From assembly GCA_036127675.1 (NCBI GenBank), contig JAYYRA010000040.1, positions 15,309 through 79,308 on the forward strand: a stretch of 64,000 bases of DNA. The letters run 5' to 3'. Below are positions 55,025-64,000 of the stretch, piece after piece (position 1 is the first letter of the stretch; every line of letters begins with the position of its first letter). The stretch comes from Verrucomicrobiota bacterium. GTDB lineage: Bacteria > Verrucomicrobiota > Verrucomicrobiia > Opitutales > Seribacteraceae. The notes beneath the pieces were generated by a model. The model did not search any database. It saw only the letters and a list, made by a program, of their open reading frames with translations, and was not told where the DNA came from. A program made the position numbers and the translations under genes.

Positions 55025-55435
55025 ATGGCCAAGTACAAGGCACCTGATACCAACGACTCACCGGATTTGACTCCGATGATCGATGTCGTCTTCCTCTTAA
55101 TTGTTTTCTTCATGGTTGTTGCCCAACAAATGTCCGAACAATATGTTGAGCTTGCCAAGATGGCTGTTGCCAGTAATTCCCAAGTAAAGGAAAATCCTCC
55201 TTCTCGTACGATCATCAGCATTGATGAAACCCCGGAAGGGCAAAAGTTTTACTGGGGAGAAGCGGAAATTGATATTACTCAAATATCTTTCGTGGTTAAA
55301 AAGAACCCAGACTGGAAGGTGTTCTTGCGTGTCCATCCAGAGGTACAACATTCCGTGGTCCAGGATGTAATGAAGGAGATTGGAAATGCCGGGCAGAGTG
55401 ATATCATATTCGGTACTTGGCAAGTTGCAGGTTAA
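55025..55435 (+). CDS. exbD: ExbD/TolR family protein
   Basis: DLTPMIDVVFLLIVFFMV. Confidence 0.92.
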   Translation: MAKYKAPDTNDSPDLTPMIDVVFLLIVFFMVVAQQMSEQYVELAKMAVASNSQVKENPPSRTIISIDETPEGQKFYWGEAEIDITQISFVVKKNPDWKVFLRVHPEVQHSVVQDVMKEIGNAGQSDIIFGTWQVAG

Positions 55436-55444
55436 GTCAAATTC

Positions 55445-55903
55445 ATGAATGCACTTAAGAAAATTTTGGATGACATCGATGAAGTTGATTTAACTCCAAT
55501 GATTGATGTTACCTTCCTTTTGTTGATCTACTTTATGGTTACCACCATGCTAAAACAACCGGAAGCTGAATTGTCGATTCAACTACCTGGTAAACCCAAA
55601 AGTAGTGATGTTACACCAATGGAAATGCTAAATGTCCGAATCGGCGAAGAAGGACAGGTTTATTTAAATGGATCAGAGATAGAAGATGGAATGGACTTGG
55701 AGATGCCCGATCTGGTAGCCAACTTGAAGACCCAAAAAGGTATGCGTGATCAATTGATCAATGACGGAATAAAAAGCAAAGAAGAAGCCGAATTGAAAGT
55801 ACAGATTGAATCTTCGACCCTTGCTTTGCATCAGGCTTCTATAAGTGTATTGAATGCCTGTTCTTCAGCCGGTGTAGAAAAAGTAACTTTTTCCTTCCAG
55901 TAG
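55445..55903 (+). CDS. exbD: ExbD/TolR family protein (second copy)
   Basis: DLTPMIDVTFLLLIYFMV. Confidence 0.92.
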   Translation: MNALKKILDDIDEVDLTPMIDVTFLLLIYFMVTTMLKQPEAELSIQLPGKPKSSDVTPMEMLNVRIGEEGQVYLNGSEIEDGMDLEMPDLVANLKTQKGMRDQLINDGIKSKEEAELKVQIESSTLALHQASISVLNACSSAGVEKVTFSFQ

Positions 55904-55916
55904 TTCCCAGGAATTA

Positions 55917-56324
55917 TTGTCATTTTTTTCACGAATGAGCAGTGTAGTTAGTAAATTTTTGCACACACGGATGCGAGTCAGCGATTTGGAGTCCACGCTG
56001 GAATTTTACAAGACTGTATTTGGACTTTCAGTTACTCGGAGACACGAGTCTCCAAGAGGCTCCCAGCTTGCTTTCCTATCTGTACCCAATAGCGATGAGG
56101 AGATAGAAATTACTTATTTTCCTGGATCTGGACCAGTGGAAGTACAAGAAGACCTGATGCACTTGGCATTTCAAGTAGAAAGCATGGAAGAATTTCAAAA
56201 ACATTTGGAATCAGTGGGGTACCAATTCAGTGATGGTCCGACCAAAAGCTCTTCTGGTTCAATCTTTGCCTTTGTCGATGCTCCGGAAGGCTATGAAATC
56301 GAAGTGATCGAGCGCCCCTGTTAA
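55917..56324 (+). CDS. gloA: VOC family protein, lactoylglutathione lyase (glyoxalase I)-like
   Basis: LHTRMRVSDLE, EIEIT, HLAF, FVDAPEGYEIE. Confidence 0.8.
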   Translation: MSFFSRMSSVVSKFLHTRMRVSDLESTLEFYKTVFGLSVTRRHESPRGSQLAFLSVPNSDEEIEITYFPGSGPVEVQEDLMHLAFQVESMEEFQKHLESVGYQFSDGPTKSSSGSIFAFVDAPEGYEIEVIERPC

Positions 56325-56329
56325 CTTTT

Positions 56330-56842
56330 TTGATTAAAACATCACCCTGCATTATTATTTTGATGGGAGTATCCGGCTCCGGTAAATCAACCATTGGAAA
56401 ACAGGTCTCTTCAAAATTAGATATCCCATTTTTGGAGGGAGATCATTTTCACTCCGACAAAAATAAAAAAAAAATGAATGCCGGGTTGCCGTTATCAGAT
56501 CAAGATCGAATTCCTTGGTTGATTAGCCTTACGGAAATAATCCAAAATACCCAGTCGGATCTGCTTATTAGTTGTTCTTCTCTAAAGAAATCTTATCGCA
56601 AAATCCTGACGAATCATTCAAACCGCACCTTGTTTGTTCATTTATCCGGATCTTTTGATTTGATCGAGAAACGATTAAGAGAACGAGAAGATCATTTTTT
56701 TAATCCAATGTTATTGAAAGATCAGTTTAATACTTTGGAGTCCTTGGAAAATGGAGAGAATGGATTCGAAATTAATATTAGGCCAAAGATCGATTTGGTG
56801 GTTGCAGAAATTATAGCTTCGTTGAAGGTTTGGTTGGTATGA
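56330..56842 (+). CDS. gntK: Gluconokinase
   Basis: MGVSGSGKST, EGDHFH, PLSDQDRIPWL, SCSSLKKSYR, HFF...LLKDQF.TLE. Confidence 0.9.
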   Translation: MIKTSPCIIILMGVSGSGKSTIGKQVSSKLDIPFLEGDHFHSDKNKKKMNAGLPLSDQDRIPWLISLTEIIQNTQSDLLISCSSLKKSYRKILTNHSNRTLFVHLSGSFDLIEKRLREREDHFFNPMLLKDQFNTLESLENGENGFEINIRPKIDLVVAEIIASLKVWLV

Positions 56843-57492
56843 AATTTTATTTAGCAAAAATCTTTTCATTTTCTTTTTTTGTAATATTGCAAAATTTTCA
56901 AGCCATCGAATGTAATGCTTGTGAAAAAAAGTCTGCTGCAGAAATCATTCTTTTTGACGGTAAAAGTTTGAAGAATTGGGAAATAACCGACTATGCGGGA
57001 AAGGGTGAAATTAAAGTGGGCAAGAAGGGCGTTCTGGTAATGGAGATGGGAGCTGAACTCTCTGGTATCCACTGGAAGGGTCAGCCAATTCCCAAAGTGA
57101 ATTACGAAATCACCCTTGAAGCTAGAAGAACGATGGGAAATGACTTTTTTTGTGGCTTAACATTTCCTTACAAGGATTCACATGCCACTTTGGTACTTGG
57201 AGGGTGGGGTGGTTCGCTCATTGGCATTTCCAGCATTGATGATTTCGATGCATCTGAAAATGAAACTGGCGATGCCTTCATATTTGAGGATAAAAAGTGG
57301 TATGCTATAAAACTCAGGGTTTCTGAGGAAGAGCTAATTGTTTGGTTGGATGAAAAAAAAGTAATTGATTGCGAGGTTGCCGATCGAAAGGTCAGCATGC
57401 GATTTGGGGAAATTGAGATGTCCGTTCCGCTTGGTATCACAACTTATGCTACAAGTGGTGAATTTCGAAATCTTAAACTGAAGAGATGGTAA
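56830..57492 (+). CDS. DUF1080 / 3-keto-disaccharide hydrolase family protein
   Basis: LFDGKSLKNW, NYEITLEA, DFFCGLTFP, GEFRNLKL; ATG 56839 is the likely start. Confidence 0.8.
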   Translation: MVGMKFYLAKIFSFSFFVILQNFQAIECNACEKKSAAEIILFDGKSLKNWEITDYAGKGEIKVGKKGVLVMEMGAELSGIHWKGQPIPKVNYEITLEARRTMGNDFFCGLTFPYKDSHATLVLGGWGGSLIGISSIDDFDASENETGDAFIFEDKKWYAIKLRVSEEELIVWLDEKKVIDCEVADRKVSMRFGEIEMSVPLGITTYATSGEFRNLKLKRW

Positions 57493-57542
57493 ACCGGCTA
57501 ATTGAGTTTGAATTTAAAGATGCCACCAGTTATTAAATTGAA

Positions 57543-57971
57543 ATGAAAATTTTAACTGCTTTAAAACTCTTTTCGATATTCCTATTTTGGGTAACCGGTG
57601 GATACGCTCAAGAAGAAGCATCTGCATCCAAAAATAATTTGCAATTAGTCAAAGTCGCTTCGCTCAACACCATAGATGCAAATAAGGAGTTTCAAAAAAA
57701 TGTCCAATTGGTGCAGCAGCAAAGGGCTCTAGCCGCTCAAATTCTTACGAAAATTAACTCTACCAGTGAGAAACAAGAGAAAGCTAAGCTTCAAAGCCAA
57801 CTAGAAAATTTGCAGAAGAAATTAAACGAAAATAATCAGCTTATGTTTAAGACCTATGGTTTTTCATTGAATCGTAATTATGTCTTAACGGTCGAAAAGT
57901 CACATATTCACATGTGGGTAAGCGAAGATGAAGCCGAGGCGATAAGGTCTAGGTCCCCAAAGTCAAAGTAG
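57543..57971 (+). CDS. Exported coiled-coil hypothetical protein
   Basis: Signal peptide (GYA-QE); Gln/Leu heptads; M.KTYGFSL.RNY. Confidence 0.65.
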   Translation: MKILTALKLFSIFLFWVTGGYAQEEASASKNNLQLVKVASLNTIDANKEFQKNVQLVQQQRALAAQILTKINSTSEKQEKAKLQSQLENLQKKLNENNQLMFKTYGFSLNRNYVLTVEKSHIHMWVSEDEAEAIRSRSPKSK

Positions 57972-58051
57972 ATAGCAGGATTAGTTTCTTCTCGAATATA
58001 TTTTTAATAATGAAATGCAGATATCATCGATTAAAATGAGCCTGAATCCTT

Positions 58052-59110
58052 TTAAGCTTGTTTGCTCTGTTCTTTAAGACGAAGTTGTCCACAGGCTGCG
58101 TCAATATCGTGCCCTTTTTCCATGCGAAGAGTAACTCTGGGAGCCTTTTCTCTTTCAACGGTTTTATAGAAAGCATTGATTTGCTCTTTGCCCGGCCTTT
58201 CCCAATCGAGTCCGTCTACCCGATTGTAGGGAATTAAGTTTACCTTAGCATTCAGTCTTTGAGCGTGCTCTGCTAGAAGCTCAGCCTGCTTAAGGTCATC
58301 ATTAATACCTTTGATTAAAATGTATTCGAGTGTGATCATCTTTTTTCTCTGTTCAATGAATTTCTCGCAAGCACCAAGAAGTTCAGCCATTGGATATCTT
58401 TCGTTAATTGGCATAATTTTGCTCCGAGTATCATCATCTCCTCCATGGAGAGAAATAGCTAATCGTATCTGAGCAGGATAATTGGCAAGTTCCAATATTT
58501 TGGGTACGAGTCCACTTGTAGAAAGGGTAATATGTCTCGCTCCAATACCCAAGCCCTGCGGAGAAAGAATAGTGTCCAGTGCGGGAAGTAGTGCGGGTAG
58601 GTTAGCCAATGGTTCGCCCATGCCCATAAATACTAAATTATCAATCCTTCGCTCTGCCTTCTGTTTTGCCAGAATAATTTGCCCAATGATTTCTCCTGTA
58701 CTCAGGTTTCTCTTTAATCCATCTAGCCCGCTGGCGCAAAACTTACAACCTAGAGCACAGCCTACTTGTGTCGAAATGCATAAAGTAAGCCTTTTTGCCC
58801 TTACCCCCTTAGTGCCAAGGGTTGCTGGAATGAGTACGCTTTCAATGAACTGATGATCTCTCAAGCTCCAAAGAAATTTCTGGGTACTATCTGAAGAGCC
58901 TTGGACCTGGATTTGTTTCATTGGAGTCAAGTCAAACCGGTTACTTAGATCTGTTCTCAGAGACTGTGGAAGGTTAGACATTTTTTCCCATTCTAGAACT
59001 CCTTTTTCGAATATCCAGTTTCTCACCTGTTCGGTTCGAAATTTTGGTATTTCACCCAAATCCCAATTATCAAATAATTGATCCAGTAAAAGTGCTTTAG
59101 TATTGCTCAA
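58052..59110 (-). CDS. rlmN: Dual-specificity 23S rRNA/tRNA methyltransferase RlmN (radical SAM)
   Basis: CISTQVGCALGCKFC, MGMGEP, ISLH, NLIPYN, DIDAACGQL. Confidence 0.95.
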   Translation of the reverse strand: MSNTKALLLDQLFDNWDLGEIPKFRTEQVRNWIFEKGVLEWEKMSNLPQSLRTDLSNRFDLTPMKQIQVQGSSDSTQKFLWSLRDHQFIESVLIPATLGTKGVRAKRLTLCISTQVGCALGCKFCASGLDGLKRNLSTGEIIGQIILAKQKAERRIDNLVFMGMGEPLANLPALLPALDTILSPQGLGIGARHITLSTSGLVPKILELANYPAQIRLAISLHGGDDDTRSKIMPINERYPMAELLGACEKFIEQRKKMITLEYILIKGINDDLKQAELLAEHAQRLNAKVNLIPYNRVDGLDWERPGKEQINAFYKTVEREKAPRVTLRMEKGHDIDAACGQLRLKEQSKQA

Positions 59111-59218
59111 AGTAGAAACAAAATAGACTTTCCTTTCTTTAATCGCAACGAAGCATTAACGATCTTACATCAATCATATAAATATTGCCAAAAATTAAGA
59201 AAATTCACTAAGTCATCG

Positions 59219-59572
59219 ATGAATTCAAATAAATTAGGTTATTGGATTATTTGGTTAATATTAGTCTCTTCAGTTATTTGCTATCGATTTCTCTTAGGCG
59301 TCGAAAATCCTAAAGAAGAACCATTGCTAACGGCACCGTTTTTTCTCTCTATAAGTATGGTTCTCGGTAGTTTAGTTTGTCGGGTACTGATACTTCCCAA
59401 AATAAAAAACAAGATACAAACCTATATAATAGGCGTTGTTATGGCAGAAAGCCTATCATTAATAGGAATTTTTCTAATGCCTTATTATCAGGACCTTTTC
59501 ACCACACTGTCCGTGGCAGTAATGTTTTGCTATTTGCCTATATTTATTCAGCTTGAGGAAGTGAATAGTTAG
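59219..59572 (+). CDS. Small integral membrane hypothetical protein (about 4 TM)
   Basis: Four hydrophobic segments; AT-rich; fills the intergenic space. Confidence 0.6.
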   Translation: MNSNKLGYWIIWLILVSSVICYRFLLGVENPKEEPLLTAPFFLSISMVLGSLVCRVLILPKIKNKIQTYIIGVVMAESLSLIGIFLMPYYQDLFTTLSVAVMFCYLPIFIQLEEVNS

Positions 59573-59575
59573 TTG

Positions 59576-61045
59576 TCAGGCAATGATCTGGTGAATTGGT
59601 TCAGCTCCCTCGACTCCAACTAGGCTCTTATCAAGTCCTCCATGGAAGTAGGAAAGATTGTTCGGGTCTAATCCAAGTTGATTTAAAATAGTCGCATGCA
59701 GACGACGAACATGAAATCGATCCTTTACCGCTTGGCTACCTAGTTCGTCGGTTTCTCCGATGCTTACCCCCCCTTTAATGCCACCTCCTGCCATCCACAT
59801 GGTGAATCCCCATGAGTTGTGATCGCGTCCAGTTCCTTCTCTGTATTCAGCCGTGGGTTGGCGACCAAATTCACCGCCCCAAACTACCAGAGTTTCATCT
59901 AGAAGCCCGCGTTGTTTTAAATCCTTAAGCAAACCGGCAATCGGTTTATCCGTATTTCCCGCATGGAAGGAATGGTTTTTGACCAAGTCGCCATGGGCAT
60001 CCCAATTATTGTCATTATGATGGCCGCCAGAATAAATTTGAATGAAGCGTACTCCACGCTCAACCAGTCTTCTTGCAAGTAAGCATTTACGACCAAAGTC
60101 TTCAGTATTGGTTCCGTCCATACCGTATAAGTCTTTGATATAAGCTGGTTCTTTATCCACATCAACTGCCTCCGGAGCAGAAGCCTGCATTTTATAGGCA
60201 AGTTCGTACGATGCTACCCGGGCCGCTAGGTTGGTATTATCGTATCGTTCAGAGAGGTGGCCTTCGTTCATGGTTCTCAGGTGATCCAACATAGTGCGTT
60301 GTTGGAGGCGTGGTATGCCGTGAGAATTCTCTAGGTCCAAGATGGGGGATCCTTGTGAGCGCAAAACTGTTCCTTGGTAACTTGCTGGCATGTATCCACT
60401 CGACCAATTTTTTGCACCACTGATTGGACCGCCAGTTTTGTCGAGCATCACAACATAGCCTGGCAGATTTTCATTCACGCTGCCAAGTCCGTAGTTAACC
60501 CAGGAGCCCAGCGATGGGTGCCCTGAAAGAAGGTTGCCCGCGTTCATCATCAGCATTGCGGATCCGTGAATTGGAGACTCGGCTTTCATTGAGTGAAGGA
60601 AAGCAATATCGTCTACGCATGAACCGACATGGGGAAAGAGGTCGGATACATATTTGCCACATTCTCCATAGGGCTTGAATTTCCACTTTGGGCCAACCAC
60701 CCGGCTTTCGTTTCTCTTTCCTCCGCGTCCAAAAGTTTTTACTTTAATGGTTTTTCCATCCAATGGATAGAGGTCGGGTTTGTAATCAAATGTGTCCACT
60801 TGGCTGGGTCCACCATACATGAAGAGAAAGATTACTGACTTTGCTTTCCCAGGGAAAACCGAGTTTTTCGGAGCAAGCGGATTTATGTAGGATGATGCAC
60901 TACTCGCCATTGCCTTGTTCGCAAAGAATCCGTCCTGTGCGAGCATGCCCGTCAGACCAAGTGCGGCAAATCCGCCTCCGATGTCCTTGATGAACTCTCT
61001 TCGGTGTGTACGGTTACAGAATGTGTTTTCAGGTTTTTCGTTCAT
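59576..61045 (-). CDS. DUF1501 family protein with Tat signal
   Basis: HRREF Tat motif; GGPSQVDTFDYKP, LARRLVERGVRF, WDAH, GEFGR, GRDH. Confidence 0.93.
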   Translation of the reverse strand: MNEKPENTFCNRTHRREFIKDIGGGFAALGLTGMLAQDGFFANKAMASSASSYINPLAPKNSVFPGKAKSVIFLFMYGGPSQVDTFDYKPDLYPLDGKTIKVKTFGRGGKRNESRVVGPKWKFKPYGECGKYVSDLFPHVGSCVDDIAFLHSMKAESPIHGSAMLMMNAGNLLSGHPSLGSWVNYGLGSVNENLPGYVVMLDKTGGPISGAKNWSSGYMPASYQGTVLRSQGSPILDLENSHGIPRLQQRTMLDHLRTMNEGHLSERYDNTNLAARVASYELAYKMQASAPEAVDVDKEPAYIKDLYGMDGTNTEDFGRKCLLARRLVERGVRFIQIYSGGHHNDNNWDAHGDLVKNHSFHAGNTDKPIAGLLKDLKQRGLLDETLVVWGGEFGRQPTAEYREGTGRDHNSWGFTMWMAGGGIKGGVSIGETDELGSQAVKDRFHVRRLHATILNQLGLDPNNLSYFHGGLDKSLVGVEGAEPIHQIIA

Positions 61046-61047
61046 AA

Positions 61048-63960
61048 TTAATCGAGATAAACAAATTCATTCAGGTTTAAAGCTAACAATGCAAAGCGAT
61101 CCAATGCTTCCTCAGCCGAAAGATTAAATTTTTTCTTCATGTTTTTTATCATCTCAACACCGGTATCAATTTCATTTGTTTTGGGGTTGCGGGAAAAAAC
61201 AAGCTTCAATGCGTGCTCAACTTGTTTGATCGGGTCTTTTCCAACTTCTTTTCTCAGTCGATCGGCAAATGATTTGGCCGAGTCATTCATAAACTTTCCG
61301 TTTAGCATATTTAAAGCCTGAGTGGGAACCGTAGTGTTAAATCGGACTGGACAAGTGGAGTCAGTATCCGCCATGTCGTGGTTGATCAGCAAAGGCATTT
61401 GCATGGAACGCATTACCTTTACATAGACACTTCTACGATTGGCTTGTTCGGGAGTGCAGGGACCCCAGCCCTTCCCTTTAATGGATGATCCAGCAAGAAC
61501 GATGTCAGGTACGGGCGGGGTCACGCTTTTTCCACCCATTTCTAGGTTAATGGTACCACAGGCATTTAGCACTGAGTCCCTCACTTCTTCTGAAGTCAAT
61601 CTTCTCATGTCATAGCGCCAAAACATGTGGTTTAACGGATCCTGTTCGAGAGCTAGATCATTTGGCTTGGAGGATCTTTTGTAAGCATCTGAATTCATGA
61701 TTAAACGATGCATTGCTTTGATATCCCAACCTGAATCCATGAATCGAATGGCAAGCCAATCCAGAAGCTCTGGATGAGTGGGTTTATCTCCCTGATATCC
61801 AAAATCACTAGAAGAGCGAACAATCCCTCTTCCAAAATGATATTGCCAAATTCGATTGACCATGACGCGGGCGGATATCGGATTATCCTTGGATCCAATC
61901 CATTTGGCCAGGGCTGTTCTTCTTCCGGAAGATTTTGCAAGTTTTTGAATGACTGGCTCGGGTGGGCTGAGCACAGCCGGGAAAGCTGGGAAAACTTCCT
62001 CACCTTCGAGTGCGGGATTTCCGCGACGAAGAATTTTGGTCACCTGTTCACCCTTTTCCGAGACCGAGAGAGCTTTGTAATAATCAGACTTGGGTTTTGT
62101 CGGCAAATGCCTCTCGAGTTCTCGAACTCTGTTTTTATATTGCTTGTGGAGGCTATCCCCCATCAACTTGGTGGCATGTTTGCGTATGAGGCCAACAAGA
62201 TCAACTGATTCCTCAAAACACTCAAGCCCCAGATCGATGAATTGTCCGCCCACTGTTTGTTTGCAGTGCACGGCAATGACATTTTTACCGGTTTGAAGAA
62301 CATCAGCACTTTCGCGGGTAATATCATGAGTCTGGTATTTTGAAACATGACCGGTATTTTGGAAGACAAGCTTGCCGTTTAGATATACTTCCACGTCTTC
62401 ATCATGACGAAGATTCATGCGCAATGTTTTGGGAATTGCCGCGAGGCGGAAGGTGGTTCTCAGCCAGATATCAGATGTTCCCCACTTGGTGCCAACCAGC
62501 GAACCATTTGATCCAAACCCCCCCATCCCGATTTTCCAATTTTTATCATCAAAGCCAACTTCTATCCAATCCGGTGTAGGTTTTCTTTCCAAATAATTCC
62601 ATTGCCTTTTTTTGCTTCGGGCGTCTGGAAGGAGAATAACTGGTTTAGATCTGACCTTTTCAGACTTAGGGATTAATGGATCATTATCATATTTAGCGAG
62701 AAATTTTTCCTCAAAATCAACGATGTGACTTTGCAAATGATTTCTTTGTCTGTTCCATACCTCGATTTCATTCTGGTAAGTGATGTTCCCAATTGAATCT
62801 TTGACTTCAACTAAATTTTCTTCCCGCTTGCCATGCGGTGTGATGTTCGCAAAAAACGCTAACATGGAATAATAATCTTTTGTGGGGATCGGATCAATTT
62901 TATGATCGTGGCACCTAGCACAGCCGACGGTCATACCAAGGAAGACTTCGGTGGTTGTCCGAACAATATCATCTAAGTAATCATAACGGGCGAGAACCCG
63001 GTCAGCCGGTTCATCGTCCCAAATTCCAAGCCTGTGGAATCCGGTTGCGGTAATTGCTGCGGCACTTGGGTTTTCAATTTCATCCCCTGCAAGTTGCTCT
63101 AGGATAAACTGGTCATAGGGTTTATTCTGATTGAACGACTTTATCACATAATCCCGGTATCTCCAGGCCTGTGGTTTGTCACCGTCCCTTTCATAACCGT
63201 TCGTTTCTGCAAACCTAACTAGGTCTAGCCAATGTCTCCCCCATTTTTCTCCATAGTGCGGTGAGGCTAGTAATGATTCTACGAGTTTTTCAAATTTATC
63301 AGGAGCCTTATCGTTCAAATATTCATCGACCAATTTAATGGATGGTGGAAGGCCGACTAAGTCATAACTTACTCTTCGCAGAATTTCATGGTCTGAAGCA
63401 AGCGGGTTGAGCGGTAGGTTTTCTTTTTCCAGTTTTTGGCGAATAAAACGATCAATCGGTTGCTCTCCATCTTTTCCTGGAGGAACATCATGATCGACGG
63501 GCGGTTTAAAAGCCCAATGAGATTTAGTTATTTCATTAACCTCCGTGGTACTTACATGACTGTGGACATTTTTGGGCTCAATTTCATCTTCTTTAGGAAA
63601 AGGCAAGCCGACCTCGATCCACTTGGCTAGCAGATCAATCTTTGCCTGAGGCAGTTTTCCGATCGGAGGCATTTGATGATCATCATCCTTATACGAAACC
63701 ATTTGTAGCATCAGGCTGCTCGCCGGATCTTCCAAATTAACGGCCGGACCTACTTCTCCCCCTTTGAGTACGCCTTCCCTGGTAGTAAGAACTAATTCTG
63801 CACGCACTTTCTCCGCCCCGTGACATTTCCAACAGTTTTGTTCCAGCAGCGGTTTGATTTCATTTTTCCAAAGACCAATATCCGCTTGCAAGGAACAAAC
63901 CACAACCACTGAAAAGATCAATACGCTTAGATGACGAAGACTTTTTATGGGGGCGCTCAT
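61048..63960 (-). CDS. Planctomycete cytochrome c (PSCyt1) + DUF1549 + inserted galactose-binding-like domain + DUF1553 protein
   Basis: CWKCH...MPP, HWAF, YGEKWGRHWLDLVRFAET, CARCHDHKIDP, ARVMVNRIWQYHFGRG, PTHPELLDWLA, QALNMLN, NEFVYLD. Confidence 0.92.
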   Translation of the reverse strand: MSAPIKSLRHLSVLIFSVVVVCSLQADIGLWKNEIKPLLEQNCWKCHGAEKVRAELVLTTREGVLKGGEVGPAVNLEDPASSLMLQMVSYKDDDHQMPPIGKLPQAKIDLLAKWIEVGLPFPKEDEIEPKNVHSHVSTTEVNEITKSHWAFKPPVDHDVPPGKDGEQPIDRFIRQKLEKENLPLNPLASDHEILRRVSYDLVGLPPSIKLVDEYLNDKAPDKFEKLVESLLASPHYGEKWGRHWLDLVRFAETNGYERDGDKPQAWRYRDYVIKSFNQNKPYDQFILEQLAGDEIENPSAAAITATGFHRLGIWDDEPADRVLARYDYLDDIVRTTTEVFLGMTVGCARCHDHKIDPIPTKDYYSMLAFFANITPHGKREENLVEVKDSIGNITYQNEIEVWNRQRNHLQSHIVDFEEKFLAKYDNDPLIPKSEKVRSKPVILLPDARSKKRQWNYLERKPTPDWIEVGFDDKNWKIGMGGFGSNGSLVGTKWGTSDIWLRTTFRLAAIPKTLRMNLRHDEDVEVYLNGKLVFQNTGHVSKYQTHDITRESADVLQTGKNVIAVHCKQTVGGQFIDLGLECFEESVDLVGLIRKHATKLMGDSLHKQYKNRVRELERHLPTKPKSDYYKALSVSEKGEQVTKILRRGNPALEGEEVFPAFPAVLSPPEPVIQKLAKSSGRRTALAKWIGSKDNPISARVMVNRIWQYHFGRGIVRSSSDFGYQGDKPTHPELLDWLAIRFMDSGWDIKAMHRLIMNSDAYKRSSKPNDLALEQDPLNHMFWRYDMRRLTSEEVRDSVLNACGTINLEMGGKSVTPPVPDIVLAGSSIKGKGWGPCTPEQANRRSVYVKVMRSMQMPLLINHDMADTDSTCPVRFNTTVPTQALNMLNGKFMNDSAKSFADRLRKEVGKDPIKQVEHALKLVFSRNPKTNEIDTGVEMIKNMKKKFNLSAEEALDRFALLALNLNEFVYLD

Positions 63961-63971
63961 TTAATAGTATT

Positions 63972-63999
63972 ATTCTAGTATTGGGCTTTTTATTTACAA
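63972..63999 (-). promoter_or_regulatory. Putative promoter of the cytochrome/DUF1501 operon
   Basis: Minus strand TTGTAA-N16-TAGAAT, 11 nt before ATG 63960. Confidence 0.4.
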
Positions 64000-64000
64000 G

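Noticed and set aside
1-64000. tRNA/rRNA, riboswitches, CRISPR arrays, IS elements, integrases, prophage or defence genes
   Set aside because: Intergenic gaps are all under about 140 bp with no repeat-spacer pattern or recognisable RNA motif, and no ORF has transposase, integrase, phage or nuclease signatures. A covariance-model scan (Rfam, tRNAscan-SE) would be needed to exclude small RNAs fully.

Overview
Gene-dense bacterial chromosomal segment of moderate-to-low GC with about 60 CDS. I found no rRNA, tRNA, CRISPR array or mobile element. Gene content points to the PVC superphylum, most likely a marine Verrucomicrobiota/Opitutales-type organism (inference): DUF1501 + DUF1549/DUF1553 pairs, a YtgCR-like permease-DtxR fusion and a TPR-ExbB-ExbD-ExbD cluster. 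In order: (1) end of a response regulator/HD-type gene, a histidine kinase and an FGE-like lipoprotein; (2) an active plus pseudo HtrA-like protease pair; (3) a tightly coupled DUF3570 barrel - ApbE - DUF4266 - Ig-domain protein operon with SGAT flavinylation-like motifs on both the barrel and the Ig protein (best candidate for an undescribed system); (4) a ~19 kb metal-handling neighbourhood with a Zrg-like ABC/DUF3299 unit, a TonB-dependent receptor, a Met/His-rich barrel preceded by a CxxC/polyproline leader ORF and hairpins, HupE/UreJ, TroABCD with a fused DtxR domain, and a free MntR with a visible operator; (5) sugar oxidoreductases; (6) a sigma54-promoter-driven circularly permuted ATP-grasp/alpha-E/transglutaminase operon; (7) two back-to-back peptide ABC importers, one with an EF-hand insertion; (8) three TPR-type envelope proteins plus ExbB and two ExbD without TonB; (9) gloA-like, gntK, DUF1080, rlmN and a second DUF1501/cytochrome pair. 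All family calls come from recognising motifs by eye, not from database searches.
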